From positions 18,217 through 82,216 of the forward strand of contig JAAOMT010000098.1 in NCBI GenBank assembly GCA_016748015.1: 64,000 bases of DNA. The letters are read 5' to 3'. The DNA is from Geosiphon pyriformis uo1. Taxonomy: Eukaryota; Fungi; Glomeromycota. Shown one piece after another: positions 1 to 14,500 of the stretch; the first letter of the stretch is position 1; each line of letters opens with the position of its first letter. The notes under the pieces are model-generated. The model searched no databases. It was not told the origin of the DNA and worked only from the letters and a program-made list of their open reading frames with translations. The translations under genes and the position numbers were made by a program.

Positions 1-164
1 TGTTATATAACAAATTAAATAAGTGTTAAAAAAATAGCATATCCATAAATTCATATTTAATCTTTTTTTAACTTCTTACCTTTAGGGAGAAACACGGATT
101 CTTTTAAAATAGTAAAGTAATTTAATTTAAATTAAATCAAAGAAATAATCTATATAAAAATAGA

Positions 165-1060
165 TAAACTAATCTTTTGTTTCTTTAATCATTTGCAAAG
201 TTAAAAGACGACTTATATAAACCGCTCCTGGATGAATGGGAGTTGTCATTAAGTAATTCTTCTCACGTTCCTGCCTTCTGCCATTGCTTCTAAGTAATCA
301 ATAGATTTTAAAAACTGGGGAGCCACAGTTTTAGCCTCTTGATATGTAAACTCTTATATCGTTGACTTTTCATCTGTAGTATCCTTGTTGAAATACTGGC
401 TATACATGTTCGAAAATTCCCAAAACTTCTCTTCAACTTCTTCCGCATTAGGACGATTCTCAGGATTAACATCCCAACATTTTTCAATTATTTCGGCAAT
501 ACAAGGGGAAATAAGTGGGGGGTTAATTTTAGGTTTTTGACCATTCAAAATATCTATTATAAGAAGGTGATCATGAGAACGATCATGAAAAGGAGGCTTT
601 CCTGTTGCTAATTCCCATAATAACATGGACAAACTATAAATATCGCCAGCCGAAGTAAACTTTTCTCCTCTTAAAACTTCTGGTGGAATGTATGGAATCA
701 CTCCAAATATCTTTTTTTCCTCTGTTGTTGTTGCTTCATTGTTTACTGGTTGACATAATCCGAGGTCTCCAATAGTTACATAACTGATACTTAATTGTAG
801 GATGTTGCCCGAGTGTAGGTCACGATGAACCATATCAAAAGAATGAATAGTAGCAAGTCCACGAGCTATATCCCATACGATTTCTAATTTATCATGCCAA
901 CTCTTCAAATGAAAATTTGTTGATAAATATTTTCGCATATCTCCGAGTTTGGCAAACTCCATCACAATTCCGTACTCGAGTGTTTCAGCGTTTTGCGTAA
1001 TCCTCTATATTCTAGAGATATTTTCCAAGTATCTACCCTTCTCAGCAAACTATCAACAGT
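165..1060 (-). pseudogene. Tyrosine-kinase-like (TKL) protein kinase, disrupted copy (C-lobe ORF 965..354)
   Basis: The ORF has HRDLHSGN, DLG, PYIPPE, DIYSL and RP motifs. Upstream in frame reads *-R-ITQNAETLEYGIVMEF, where the expected YGITQ has become TAG-AGG-ATT. No Gly-loop or VAIK was found. After the TAA at 354 the family tail IHPGAVYISRLLTLQ (~190-240) follows, with a further frameshift. Confidence 0.8.
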
Positions 1061-2599
1061 GTAAAAAATGTTAAATAGATGATATAATAAATAGAATAAT
1101 AATAGATTACATTTTGAATTTATAGAGGACATAAATTTCAATGAATATTTTTGAACTTCCTCGATTTCAAATTTCAAACCTGATTTTATTTTCACGAATT
1201 CTGGTTATTTGACGTGGAATATTAGAATTCTCCAATAAGAAGTTTGGAAAAGTTATACATTATACCATTTTTTTTAATAAGCGACTTCTCAAATGGTATT
1301 TTATCAATTAATAATTTAAATATAACTCAACAAACCTTCTTGAAAAAATTGGTTTACTAGTTATAATTCCTGTAATTTGTTGCTCAATTATTAAAATCTG
1401 AATATAATTCGATTTCAAAATTCTAAAATTTAAATGATTGTCATAAGTGAAAGTCTATTACAAAACCAAAAAAGTTATTTGTGAAAAATAACCTATTATT
1501 GTTTATTAGTAACAGTTGTCACATATATCTTAATTTTTGCACTTTGATAATATCTCTAACTGTTATTAATTGAATTTCTATTAAGGACATTCTTTAAAGC
1601 CTTCAATCCCCAATATCAACAATTTATTTAAACGTGTAAAGAAAATTTATCAAATATAAATATTATTATTTTTATAAAAGGGATAATTTGAAATGATTTT
1701 GTTTAATATTTTTGTAATGTTAATATATTTTAGAAATCAAGTTGATAATATCAAATGCTACATTATTATAAGATAGATTGCTTTAACACCTTTCTTAAAT
1801 GGTTTATTTTTTCAATAATTATTAATATTTACAAACTTTATTATAATTTCTCATTTCCAATGATAAAGCTTCAAACATTTAGAATAAGCTCAAGTCACAT
1901 GATGTTTAGATAGAATGAATTTTTTAAGGCTTAAACGTTGTGCTAATCTTACCCATTACTTTGGTTTTCATTGCTATAAACTCGAAGAATACTATTAGAC
2001 TCAGCGAAAGTTGTAAATAAGTTTGTTGAACATTATTTGTTATATAATAAATTAAAATTATTTGTTAATATAATATAATATAATTTTAATTAGCTTGAAT
2101 GATTAGTCATTTATACTGTAAAAAACATATAAATTATGATTATTTTAAAATTTTAAAATTTTATATTATAGTTAATAATTAGATTATATATAATTAAAAT
2201 ACAAAAAAAATGGGTTTTTTTTTTAAATTTGGCCAATTAATTATATAATGTATTTTTATATTTAAGAATTAAATAATTTTTACAAAAAACTTTTTTATAA
2301 AATTTATTAATATATTTATGAAATATGTACGTATAAAAATATAATAGGTATAAAAATAAATTTGAAAAATAATATTTATTTACAAAATAAAAAATATATA
2401 CTTTTTTATATGTTTTATTACAAATTTAATAATAATTGTGTATTTAAAAGGATTTTTATATTTAAAAAAAGTAAGTGTAATAATAAAATATTAATTATTT
2501 ATATTATTATTATTATTATTATTAATTTTATAAAAGATTTTATAATATAAATAATATTTATTTATTTTTTATATTGTTTTCTAAATTATTAATTATATA

Positions 2600-3110
2600 A
2601 TTTTTTTTTGTTTTTTATTTCTGATAATTTTTTCATTCAAAATATTTGAATTTATAAATTTTATATTTCCTTCTAATTTAAGTAATAAAGTTTTCAATTT
2701 TTATTTTTTGTATAGTTGCAATTAAACTATTGTTACTAGAAACCAAACCAGCTATTTACATAGCAGTTTTATTTGCATTAGACTTGATATTAGAAGTCTG
2801 GAACTTTTAAAGAACCATCTTTCTAGTAAAATTTTCTTCATTAACAGAAGAACCTAGATTATCATCAAACAAATTATCATTAAGTAGATTATCCACACAC
2901 CATACTTTATCTTAAGATTAATCACCTTCTTGCTTAAATCACCAACAATTCTTCCAAAAATGCCAATATTTTTTTCAATTGTAATAATCTTTTTCTTTAC
3001 TTTAGTATCCAAAAAAGAAAAAACATCCACTAACTTTGTAATCAAAACAATCAGAGAACCAATTGGTTTAACAATAGATCTAATCAGCAAACCAACTTAG
3101 CCAGGTATAG
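2600..3110 (-). mobile_element. Decayed non-LTR retrotransposon fragment (end of ORF1, coiled-coil region)
   Basis: ORF 3090..2854 (RSIVKPIGSLIVLITKL...) continues as stop-riddled QTSNIKSNANKTAM*IAGLV. It resembles LINE ORF1 C-termini recalled from this lineage; no catalytic motif is visible. Confidence 0.4.
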
Positions 3111-3239
3111 GATATAGTTTCAATCGCGGTAATTAAAAATATTTATTTATTATTTTCTATATTAAAAATGTGGTAGTCTCAAAGTTTATCAAAACGTAGA
3201 CTTGGTTTTTTAAGTAAAAAAACTAAAAACTTTGAAATC

Positions 3240-3729
3240 ATAAAATATCAAAAGCTAACTCTCGGTGAAATAACATTAATTTTCATTGCCTTCCTTCTTG
3301 TTTTATCGAACCAAAGTTTTCCATTTCCTGGTATAAAAAATTTTGTTGATTGATTAAGAATTAACATGAAAAAAAATGTCTCCTCTGCGTTATTCACCCA
3401 TGATACAAAATTTGAAAAATCAATTTCTTTCATTTTTTTGTCAAGAAGATAAAAGACGATGGGGCCCACCACCAAACTGCAATAAGCCGTGTGAAGTTGT
3501 TCGTTGTGGATTCCCAGCAACAAAATGTGGTATCAGTTCCTGTAAAGAATTGCGATTCATGTCCTGTAGCTCGTTGGCGTGATTCCTAGTAAGTTAAGGG
3601 AAAACTTGATTTCAACAAATATTTAGTAAGCCATGATGATACATCAAATTAATTATAGACTAGCCTGAAAAACCTAAAGAAAAAAAACCTTATGGCTGAA
3701 AAATTGGCAATCCCCATTGGTGTTGGTAA
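3240..3729 (+). pseudogene. Small secreted Cys-rich peptide gene (Opy2-N-like), paralog of 4906..5349, apparently inactivated
   Basis: Exon 3240-3330 is signal-peptide-like (ATA-KYQKLTLGEITLIFIAFLLVLSNQS; start is ATA). Phase-1 intron 3331-3445. Exon 2 reads EDKRRWGPPPNCNKPCEVVRCGFPATKC. Removing single Gs at ~3530 and ~3577 gives CVSVPVKNCDSCPVARCVIP followed by a phase-1 GTAAGT donor. A third segment reads PYG*KIGNPHWCW*. Confidence 0.65.
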
Positions 3730-4416
3730 CAAACGGTTATGACTTTCCTGGTCGGTCTCAATAGTAGAAAAAAAAGAGAGAGAGAGAGAGAGAGATTAAA
3801 TTGAAATTATATTTTTATGCTAACAAAATATGTTAGGTTAGCCAAGAATCCTGTATTTCATTCAAACCGATAAAAGATAGGATGGAGTGAAATAAAACGC
3901 TATGGCATTTTGTATCGTTCCAAAGAAAAAAGCTTTTTAAAATTTCACCTTTTACTAGTTTTCTGTTGATTCTCTCTTTGCTCTAAAAGTCGTTAGAACA
4001 TAATTCTTTTGAAATTCAATTAAAGAAAACAATAGATAAATTTTTTGTTTTCAACAACTATTTAAAATACTAAAAGTATTATTAAAATGATTTAGATAAA
4101 ATGTCGGAAAATTTAATAGATTATTTCATTGAGACAAACAAAACCCATAATTCTGATAAAAGTATTTAGACATTTGTAGACGTGTGAAACTTTTTAGAGA
4201 AACAAAAAAGTATTAATATAAAACAGCTTTTAATAAAATTTCAAATATATATTAATATTTCATTTAGAAACAATCGTTAGTTTAAAAAAATAACAAAATA
4301 AATTAAAGTAATAAATAATAAATAATAATAATAAAAAACAATATAAGGGAAAAGGAAATATATAATCACACATCGTTTAAACTAATTTAGAGTCGATCAA
4401 GATTATGATAAATGTA

Positions 4417-4487
4417 CAGTAATAGTAATAGTAATAGTAATAGTAATAGTATAATAATAGTAATAGTAATAGTAATAGTAATAGTAC
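4417..4487. repeat. (GTAATA)n hexanucleotide microsatellite
   Basis: Direct reading; one imperfect unit. Confidence 0.9.
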
Positions 4488-4905
4488 AAGGAATTTATAA
4501 AAGGATTATTAAGTGATCAATATACTCTTTGAGTTAAATTCTCTAGAATTAATTAATTGTCTCGCTATATTAAAAATCTTTAGTATTTTAATTTGTTGGT
4601 TTCTTTAACATTTATAAATAAAGAATTTTTTTATTTTTTTATTGTTAAAACACATTTATCAACCAAGTTTTACTTATTAAAAATATTGCCCAATTAAAAT
4701 GATTATAAAAAAATCTTTTGATTAATTTTGATAAGCTATACGGGGGAATTTTCACTTCATTCCTTCCTTGCGATAATATTTTTTTATTTCTTTGAAATCT
4801 GAGCATTCAAAAATTTATCTTTCCTAATATGATAAGATACAAAGTGTGAACAAACAAAAAACCCCATTCAAGATTTTTAATTTGTTAATCCAAAATCTAA
4901 AACTT

Positions 4906-5349
4906 TTAATACATAGTATCACACCAATTATTATTTTCCCAACCGTACCCTATGAATTTAAGTTTATAATAATTAAAAATTCATAAAAGAATTTCGAATC
5001 CTTTTTTTAAGATATTTCAAAATAAAATATTTTTATCAAATACCTGAAGGAGCACATTGAGCCTCACCACAAGTACGGCATGAGGGTTGTTTAGTCACCA
5101 CACATTCACAGCCAGAGGGGCATTTTTCACATGATACGAAACACTGTACACATGCGGGACCTGTTTAAAAAGAAACAGTGTGAAGAGTTAAAGAAAGAGT
5201 TATAAAGTGTTTAATTAATTTATATTATCAATTGATTCTTGCGAGATGATAAACTGGATAATTTATAGCTTACTAGCAGAAGAAGTGGAGATAAAGATTA
5301 CAAAAATAATTGCAAATATTGATACGAGCAAGATTTGAATGTTTCTCAT
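4906..5349 (-). CDS. Small secreted cysteine-rich protein with Opy2 N-terminal-like Cys pattern (3 exons: 5349-5274, 5160-5044, 4949-4906)
   Basis: MRNIQILLVSIFAIIFVIFISTSSA|SPACVQCFVSCEKCPSGCECVVTKQPSCRTCGEAQCAPS|GYGWENNNWCDTMY*. Clear signal peptide and two GT-AG phase-1 introns; 10 Cys with exon 3. If intron 2 is retained it ends ...APSGI* at 5036. Absent from the ORF track. Confidence 0.8.
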
Positions 5350-8300
5350 TTTAGAATATAACTTTATTCAGTTTAAAAGAGAAATAGAGGTATTTGAATT
5401 TTTTTCCGTCATTTTTTTTTCTTGTTATGATAGGTTTTTATATGATTTCAGCCCAGAGAATGTAAGGGAGGGGTTTCAAGTTCTATTGAGGGGTGTGGGG
5501 ATGTTGATGATTTAAAATGGGCTGCGTTAACAATTTTTTGTCGATTTTTAGAAAATCTAGAAAAAAAATCAGCGAGCCATCTTCAATAGAAACTAATTAA
5601 TAGTAAATTTTAGAATTACCCAAAAATCTTTTTACGTTTCGATGGGGGTTTTTTCTGCATTTAGTTAGTTTAAATAAATTTTCCCAGCAAAAACCCCTCA
5701 ACGTAATTAATAAAAAAAAATTCCACATGAATGAATGTAGGGTTTTTTAAATTTAATTTTCCGTTAACGCCACGTGTTACCAACACAATACGTAAATTTT
5801 CAGATTATCGTAAATAAGATAACCATTATTCGTTAAATTAGTATTTTTAAAAATAATTCAATCCGTAGAAATGAGCTTTTGCTATATTTAACCAAATTAT
5901 ATTAAAAATGATGGTTAACTCTTTTTTCAATCAAACAAAACATACGGATTTTCTAATTAAATATAATAGGCTGAAAATATAACGGTTTTAAATAATAGAG
6001 GGATTAAAAAATTGTTTTGAATTGCTTGTAATTTCAAATCTTAAATTTCATTAAGCAGCAATCGATGCCTTTTTTTAACTCGAAAAGCCTTATATTGTGA
6101 TGTTTTATGAATCTTGGGACTCGAAGAAAACACTTGATAATTTTGTAACATATTGATATAGATTCAGCCATTCTGAGTTCGGAAAATATGATTAATAGCT
6201 ATCCAGAATGAATCAATATTAGGTTGGAATCTCCAATAAAAATTGTTCCACTAAGATAAAACTTATATTCTTATATAAAAAATTAAGAACTTTAGGTATA
6301 ACGCTTAACAAGATAGTTACAAATACAAAATTTTAAAAGATTGGATCAATAAAAAATTTAACAAGGGAAGATATTTTAATCATTGACTTTCCGCTTACAG
6401 ATTTTCGGTAACAGATTAATGGAAAAGACGATAAAAAGCTTTGATTTCTAAAATATCAATTAAATCTATTCCAAAAAATATTTTCTCGGAGCAGATTTCA
6501 TACTCTCAAGAATTAAACGCTAAATAATAATGAATAGATAAGTATAAAAGTAACCGATATACTTTTCTTTAATTCAAAAAATTCAAAAACAACAAAAATC
6601 TTTCCCAAGTTGCTTTAACAGACAAATGTGATATTTTTTAATCTGTAAAAACCAAAGTAGTTTGGCTATTTTATTAATTTAATTTTGGACTAATAACATT
6701 ATTACTAAACACTTTTAACTTGACCAATGATCAATTTTTATAGAAAGATTTATACAATAATTTTTAACAATAAATATTGAAATATTTTTGGTATTTATAA
6801 ACTTTTTAAGCTTATTATACAATATGGAAAACAATTAATTATATTAAAATGTCAATGCTAAATTGTTTCTTTAAAAATAATAAAATGATAATTGAAATTG
6901 AATAATAAAAATAATAATGTTGGTAAAAGTTTTTTGAATTTCAAAACAGAAATTTAAAATCAAAAAAATTTTTTTTTACCCACAGGTAAAGCAATTTTAA
7001 GTAAAACTTTTTTCCAATCAAATCTAGACAAATATATGAACTATAGTATTTCTATTTATACCACTATTGAAATTATATTAGAAAAGAATATGTTGAAGAG
7101 GAAGAATATAATTTAATCTGATCTAAATTTTAAAAATAAGTGCTATATTAGAAACTTTTTATATTAAAAAGCACAAATCAAATGCAATATGAATTGCCGA
7201 GATGGTTTCACAAGGCGAACTATCTATTTTTGGCTTAAAAGGGAGTGGTTTGATGTTTTATTGAAATAAGAAACTAAATGTAGAAGGTTATTGAAATCCC
7301 TAGTTTAATTTTATATAATGTATATAGTGTATATACTAACTTATGGACCATTAAAAATAGTTCACTCTAATTTATTAACACACTTTTCGTTCATTAAATC
7401 TTTAATTAATAAAAAAAAATTTTTTATATTTTTGGATATTCTGATTAATTCAAACTTTAAATAAATCTGTATTACTCTAAAAAGTAATATACATTATTAA
7501 TATAATTTCTTTAAAAATTTTCTTTAACAAAAACCGTTTCATTTCCATTAAATTAGAAAACATGTTTATAAAAATATTTTACCTTTACTAAAAGATAATT
7601 GAAATTAAGAAATAAACATAAAACTATTTTAATATTTCTATTGTAATTCAAAAAAAAACTATCCTACTAAATGTAAACTTGAAAAACTATAAATGATTAT
7701 AATTTTTAATATATAAAAAAACGAAATACTTTTAAAAGAAATATTTATAAAATTTTATTTTAAAAACAATAAAGATTTATTCAGTTTTATATACGTATAA
7801 CATTTTTCTGTTTATATTTTTATTATATTATTTATTAAAAATACCTGATAATCTTTTCATTATAATTTTTGAAATATTTTTATATTTTCTAAATGTAATA
7901 ATTTTTAATAGATAATGATGACTTGCTATTTTATAAAACGGTCTATTTCATTCAATTAATTATTATTTTAATATTTTATGTATTTAAATTTTTTATTTAT
8001 TTTACATTTTTGTATTCCTATTATTAATAAAAAATTTCGCCAATTTATAAATCATTTCAAAATTTTTAAAATAATGATGCAATTTTTTAAGTGCATTTTC
8101 ATAAACTAACATTAAAACCACTTATTCAAATTTTTTTATTAAAATAATTGTTTATTACAACTTACAATATTAAATGTAGTTTTTGATCTTATACTTAAAT
8201 CCATTTATTAATGAATTTAGAACTATATATTTTTTACTATTAATTTTTGGTAAATTCAAAATTTAAAACTTTTTTAAATATAGTAAGTGCTTTTATCTTT

Positions 8301-8504
8301 CAAGTTAATTTAATATTGACTTTAAGAATCTAATATTTTGACCAAATTATTGTTTTAATTTATAAGTAATTATATTTTTGGTAATCTATTCTACACAAAT
8401 AACTAACATTATTTTCCTAATTATCTAAAAATTTATACTTTAAAAATTCATTACTACATATAATATTTTTTTATATGAAAAAATAAAATACTTTAATTAT
8501 GACT

Positions 8505-11500
8505 CCATTTTTTTTTCTTCTTTGTTCCAAATTCCCAAAAAAGAGTTAAATTTTTGAAAGAAGTTTTTTTTTCTGCTTTTTTTCATTATATATCTCACTA
8601 TTTTCCAAGAAACAAATCCTTTTGTTGTTGAGTTGGCTGCCACCATGAGTGGTTCTGTACCTAAAAAAGAGTTAGCGAGAGTTTTGGCATCAAATTCAGT
8701 TAGTAAAAGTCTAGTTGAGTGGCAAAAAATGCCTTTGAGAAACGTTAATCATTTAAGTAATAAGCCAAATTTGAAATTTAGAAGAGCTGAGTAAATTTTT
8801 GGGCAGTTCAATAGAATGAATACAAATAAAAAGATGCCAATAGTTCTTTTTACTAATAGTGAAGCTGGCTATAGAGCTGGCAGTGAAAGTGAAAGTCACT
8901 TTAATTCAAAGATAAATATTTCGAAAGCCAAAAGAATTAATATTGGTAAATAGTTAGCTCTCTTATCAAAACATTGAATTACAGCTTAGATGACAATAAA
9001 GTTATGCTTTTTTTTTGCCTTTTGGTGTCTTTAAATAAAAAATAAATTGATTTCAAGATCATCAAAACTTAGATGGAAATGCCAATTAGGAAGTTATTTG
9101 CTTTAGATATTAATTTTTTAGCAGTAGAGAGCAAGTTGGCTACAACAAAAACTCAGTTTATCAGAAAATTTTTTTCAATAATCAATGGTTTTGGAAGGAT
9201 TACTACTCCCTTAAATTTGAAAAAATCATTAAATTTACTTTTATATTAGAAAAAAATATAAATAAGACTGTGTTATAGCCTAAAAAAAAGACATTAAAGT
9301 AAATAATAATCTCAAAAAACAAGAATTCTATTTAAATCGAACTGTAATAATTATGAAAATTTTATAAATATGCTAAAAAATATAATTATTACCACAGAAA
9401 CTAAGTATAATTAGATAGTGTTAATTTGATTGCAGCTAATTAAGCTGTAACAAAAGATTGTAGTAGAATTTGTTATATTAAGTCAAGCTAATTATTTGAC
9501 ATTTAAATAATTATTTTAAATTAGAAAAGATTTGATGTATATAATCAAAGCTATGCAAGATTACAATGTTTAAATGTTAAAAAATTGGTTTAAGATGCTT
9601 CTGTTTACTTTGTTTGTAAAAATAACAGCTTATAATCTAAGAACTTTATTAAAAAAAACTAATAGAAAAATCTATATAATTAATTTTTCATTTAAATTAA
9701 AAAATAAAGTTTGCTGTACTATAATTGGCTTTAAATTTGAAAAAAGTCTAGAAAAAACATTTTGCATAGTATCAAAGTTTAATAGTATAAAACTTTTTTA
9801 AACTAAGTTAGATTTGGTTTGTTGTGAAAAATATGAACATCTTAAATACTCTGCTCTTAAATATAATATTGTTAATTTATTTGCTTTTTTGTTAAAAAAA
9901 ATTTATAAAAAGTTTGTTTCTAATAAGAATTGTTTCTAACTGGTTTATTTTTTATTCTAAGAAAAACATTCTTATCTTATAATCTGCAGTTTTTGATAAC
10001 AAGTTTTGAACATAGATAGTGTTTTTAGTTTCTGCTTTTATTATTATTGGTAATAATATTTATGTTAAGTTTTTGTCTTTTAAAGCTTTTTTTCTTGTTA
10101 AAAAGCCTTTTTTTTGAAGTCTATCTCTTTTGTTAATGTTTGTCTCAATTTTTTAGAACAATCTTTAAAGTTTTTGGCTAATCAGATTTTATGTATTCTG
10201 TACAGACTGAAAGATATGAATTTAATTCCTTATATGCTCAATTTTTTCTCTTTTTCTTTGGTAAAAATACTGACTTTTGGTTTAAATTTAAATATAAATA
10301 TAATAATAGATGAATCATGTAGGCTGTTTTTTCTTCCTATATCAAATGCAAAAAAAATTATTAGTATTGAATACAAGTGTTTTAAAAGTTTTAATAATCA
10401 AGATAAGAAATTTAAAATCAAACTTGTTTATCTTAAAAGTCTTAGTTAGCTTAATTTTGGTAAAATTAAATCAGTTATGTGCTAATTCAGATATTATAAT
10501 ATCTTTTGTGTCTTAATAACTAAGTTGTTTTAAAAGTTTGCTATGTGTAATATTAAAAGTATAAACAATAAAACCAAGCAAAATAAAATTGTAAAATGGC
10601 ATAAAAAAAATAGCAATTTGGTCTTATTTATTACTAAAACTAAACAGAAGTCAAATGCTGAGTCTTGAATTAAAAACAAGTTTAATAAAATTTATGTGTT
10701 TAGTTCTGGCTTAAATAAAAGTTTTATAGGTTTTGGTGTAGCTTTGGTTTTTAATATTAATTACAAAGTAATATTGGTTTTTATTGAATTAAGTGGTCTT
10801 TTAAATAAATATTTAAATTTAATTCACAAACAAACAAATAAAAATTGCTAAAAATTGATAAAAAATGTTAATAAATTAAGTAGTCATATCTTAAAAAGTA
10901 TTTATTGGTTAAGTTTTTGAAAATAGTAATTGGATTTAATAATATAAAGAGTTGTAGTAATTTGGATATAATGTAAAAAATACTAAAAGAGATAATAATG
11001 AGTTTTGCTGATAAAATATTTTTTAAATATTGGTTTAATAAGTTTGTTTATTTAAAAAATAGACAATTATTTAGTTTTTTTAAGCTAAAATTATTAATAA
11101 TTAAAATTGTAAAGAGTTTAAGTTCAGATTATGTTTTAAAAACTAATTATTTTATTAAAATTTGATCTGTTATTGATAAAAGTAAAGTCTCCAAAATTGG
11201 TATTATAATTAGTAATAGTGATATGTTAATTATGTATTAAAGATTAAAAAAATTATTATAGTTTTAAGTATCATAAATTAAAGACTACTAAGGATGTTTT
11301 AATTTAAAAAACAATTAATAAACATATAGAAAATTTTTGTTCTAATAAAAAAAATATGATTAAAAGTATTTTAAAATAAATATTTTAAAAAATAGTGTTT
11401 GACTACTTAGTAATAAATAAAAACCTAGTTTTAAAGCTCTGTAAAATTAAGTTTGTAGTCGATTTAATTATAAAAAAATAGATAAAAAAATGTTTAATGC

Positions 11501-14500
11501 TTAGTATTTTATCTAACTAATAGTTTTATTAGTATACTTTTCTAAATTATATTAATGATAGTGTATTTTCAAATGTAATAAATAATGTTAAATTTGATAA
11601 GTTGTTGCATATAAACAAGAAATTGTATAATAGAAAGATTATTAATCTACTTAATATTTTTAATAAGCTTTGAAAACATAATGATATTTAAGTTCTAAGT
11701 GAATTATTAGACATTTTTAATTTGTATTTAGTGTTAGATATAGTTTTTATGCAGAAAAAATGATCTGAGTTTTTATGATTTCAAAGCCATATAATTAAAA
11801 AGAAATTCTAATTAATATTAAACTAATAACTTTAATAAAAACAGTTTAAAAAATTCTGTTTAAACTTTTTTTTAATAAAATTTTCTTGGTTTATAGTAAG
11901 TTTAATGTTTTATATAGTGACAATTTCTCTGTTTTAAAAAGTATATCTATGCAAATTCCAATTTTTGCTATTGTTTTTGTGGTTAAAAATGTTTTAAGAA
12001 AGAGCAAAGAGTTTTAGTTAGTTCTTTAAAATATATAAAAAGCATATAACTCTGTTGAATAATATTATTTATGAAGCAGTCTAGTCAGAATTAAGATGTA
12101 TTTACGTTTTATTAGGTTGTTTGAAAATATTTACAATAGTAGAATTAATTAAATTATGACAAATTTTGGGTTTATAAAAGAATATATTGTTTATAATAGT
12201 CTAAATTAAAAAAAAGTTTTTTACCATTGCTGTAAAAAATCTTTTATAATTTTTTGCTTTGAAAGATTAAAAGACATGAACATTTATACAATTATAAAAT
12301 AAATTTAGAGTTTTTTATAAAGATTAATAGACAAAATATTAAAAATAGTAAGATGTTTTTTTTAACAACTGCGACTTTTGTAGATAACATAATTTAGGTT
12401 GAAAATAACATGACTGTAACTCAGCATATTTTGAACATTGTCAGTAAATTTTTTCAAATTAATAATATTTTAATTAATATTAATAAGATAATTGTTATAT
12501 TTATTAATTAGAAAGCAAAAGTTTCTTTTTTTTCAATAAGTAACTTGAGTATTTTGGTGGTAAAAAAAAATAAATCTCATAGATATTTGAATATTTTTTT
12601 GTTTACTAATAGTTTGTTCAAGTCAATTTTAATTAAAACTTATTTAGATATAAGATTTTTTGTAAATTTAGTTCTGAAAAAAATTATTTTTAACAAACAA
12701 TTTTTGTATTTAGTATTTACAATTCTTTAATTCATTATTGATTATAAAATACAGTTTAACTATATCTCAATAAATATGTGTAAAAAATAAAACAGAATAT
12801 TAAGAAAAAAACTAAAATTCAAAGTTAATTTGCTTAAAAACTTTTCTAATAAAGCAGTTTTTGTATAATTTAAAGACATTGGCCAAATACAAACTGAAAA
12901 TTTAATAATTAATTTGATTATCTTTACCAATTTGAAAAATATTCTTGGCAGTTTGTTCAAATATAAAGCTATATATCTACAGATTATTAACTAGATGTCT
13001 TAATATTTTTTTTAATTTTTGGTTAAGTTGTTAATAAAATTTATAAATTATTTTTTGGTAAATATAATGTATATTTTTGTATTATACAATTTATTATTGA
13101 GTAATAATCTATCAAATATTTTTTGGGCTGGCAATAATATTATAATTGTAAATATTTTGGGCTTAAAATACTATATAAATATGATAAAATTTTTGAAAAA
13201 GTTTGGAATTATTTTTGTGTACCAGCTTTTATATCAGCATAGTATATGTTTTATATAGAACATATTTTACAAATAGAAAAAACTGGATTCTAAAGACTTA
13301 ATTTCTGGTTAATTTGGTTTACTAACCAAATTTATCAGAAATAATAACTTGGTTAACATTAATATTTTGGCTTTTTGTTTCTCTCTTTCTAACTGTCTTT
13401 GTGACTTTGATTACACTAATAAATATTTATTGAAGTCTAAATTGGATAATATCAATATGTACATAAATAAATCTATTAAGTATTTAAGATTAATATATAT
13501 TTGTAGAAATACTATTATTTATTTTTTAAATATTAATATAAGTATTAGAGTTAGAGTACTTGGTTTGCTTTTTTCACTTTTGATAGAACTATAGGCTATT
13601 GTTTTTGCTCTGGAATATATACCAATTTTTAGTTCAGTTATATTATTTATGAACAGTCAAGTTTTATTGAATGTATATAATTTTGACATAAAAAATATTA
13701 ATCTTAATTTTTGTAATAAATGCTGGATTAAAAAAAAACATAGTTATCATATTATTGCTGTAAAAAAAGTTAAAAGTTATTTTGGTATTATTAATAATAA
13801 ATGTGCCAATTTTTTTGTCAATACTATTATTGTATCTGAATTTATACTATCTGTTTGAATGTTTTGCTATTTTTTAGTATTAAAAACAAATTTGTTTTTG
13901 AAAATGCCTATTATTTTGTTAGAAGATTATTTAATATTGTTAATTTTATAGATTAAAAAGTCAAATATGCTAATAGTATTGTAAATATAAATTTTTGTAA
14001 TTTTTCTGATATGTAAAAAACTTTTAATATATAACACTCTAATAGTTGAAATTGTTTTAACTTTACAAGTTTATTGTCTGTAACACTTTAATTTTATTTT
14101 ATAAAAACTCTGTACTATTGTTTATTTTTAATTAAAAAAAATTGTATAGTTCAAATTATTTTAGTTTGGTCTGCATTTAATATAGAATAGTTAAAAATTC
14201 TAATTATATATTTTCTTGTATTTATAATATTTATACCAAAAAAAAACCAATTTTTAATATTATTTAAAAATAAATTGGGTTGTTGACTGTTTCTGCTGTT
14301 AATTATGAGATAATTTAATATTTACATAAAGCTAGGTCTTCTGATTATTTATATATAATACTAGTTAAAGCCTTTGTGATAAAAAAGTAAGTAGCTGAAA
14401 CAATGTATTTATTGGATATTGAATTTAATAGTGGCATTTTGGTTGTCAAGTTGATATATATGTTTGCTAAAAGTCACAGATCTGCCATGTAGTTGTTGAT

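Noticed and set aside
6000-7300. Patches of moderately GC-rich, coding-like sequence
   Set aside because: No sustained frame or motif could be assigned.
9574-13858. Short plus/minus ORFs across this region
   Set aside because: Stop-free pieces or shadows of the decayed LINE, not separate genes.
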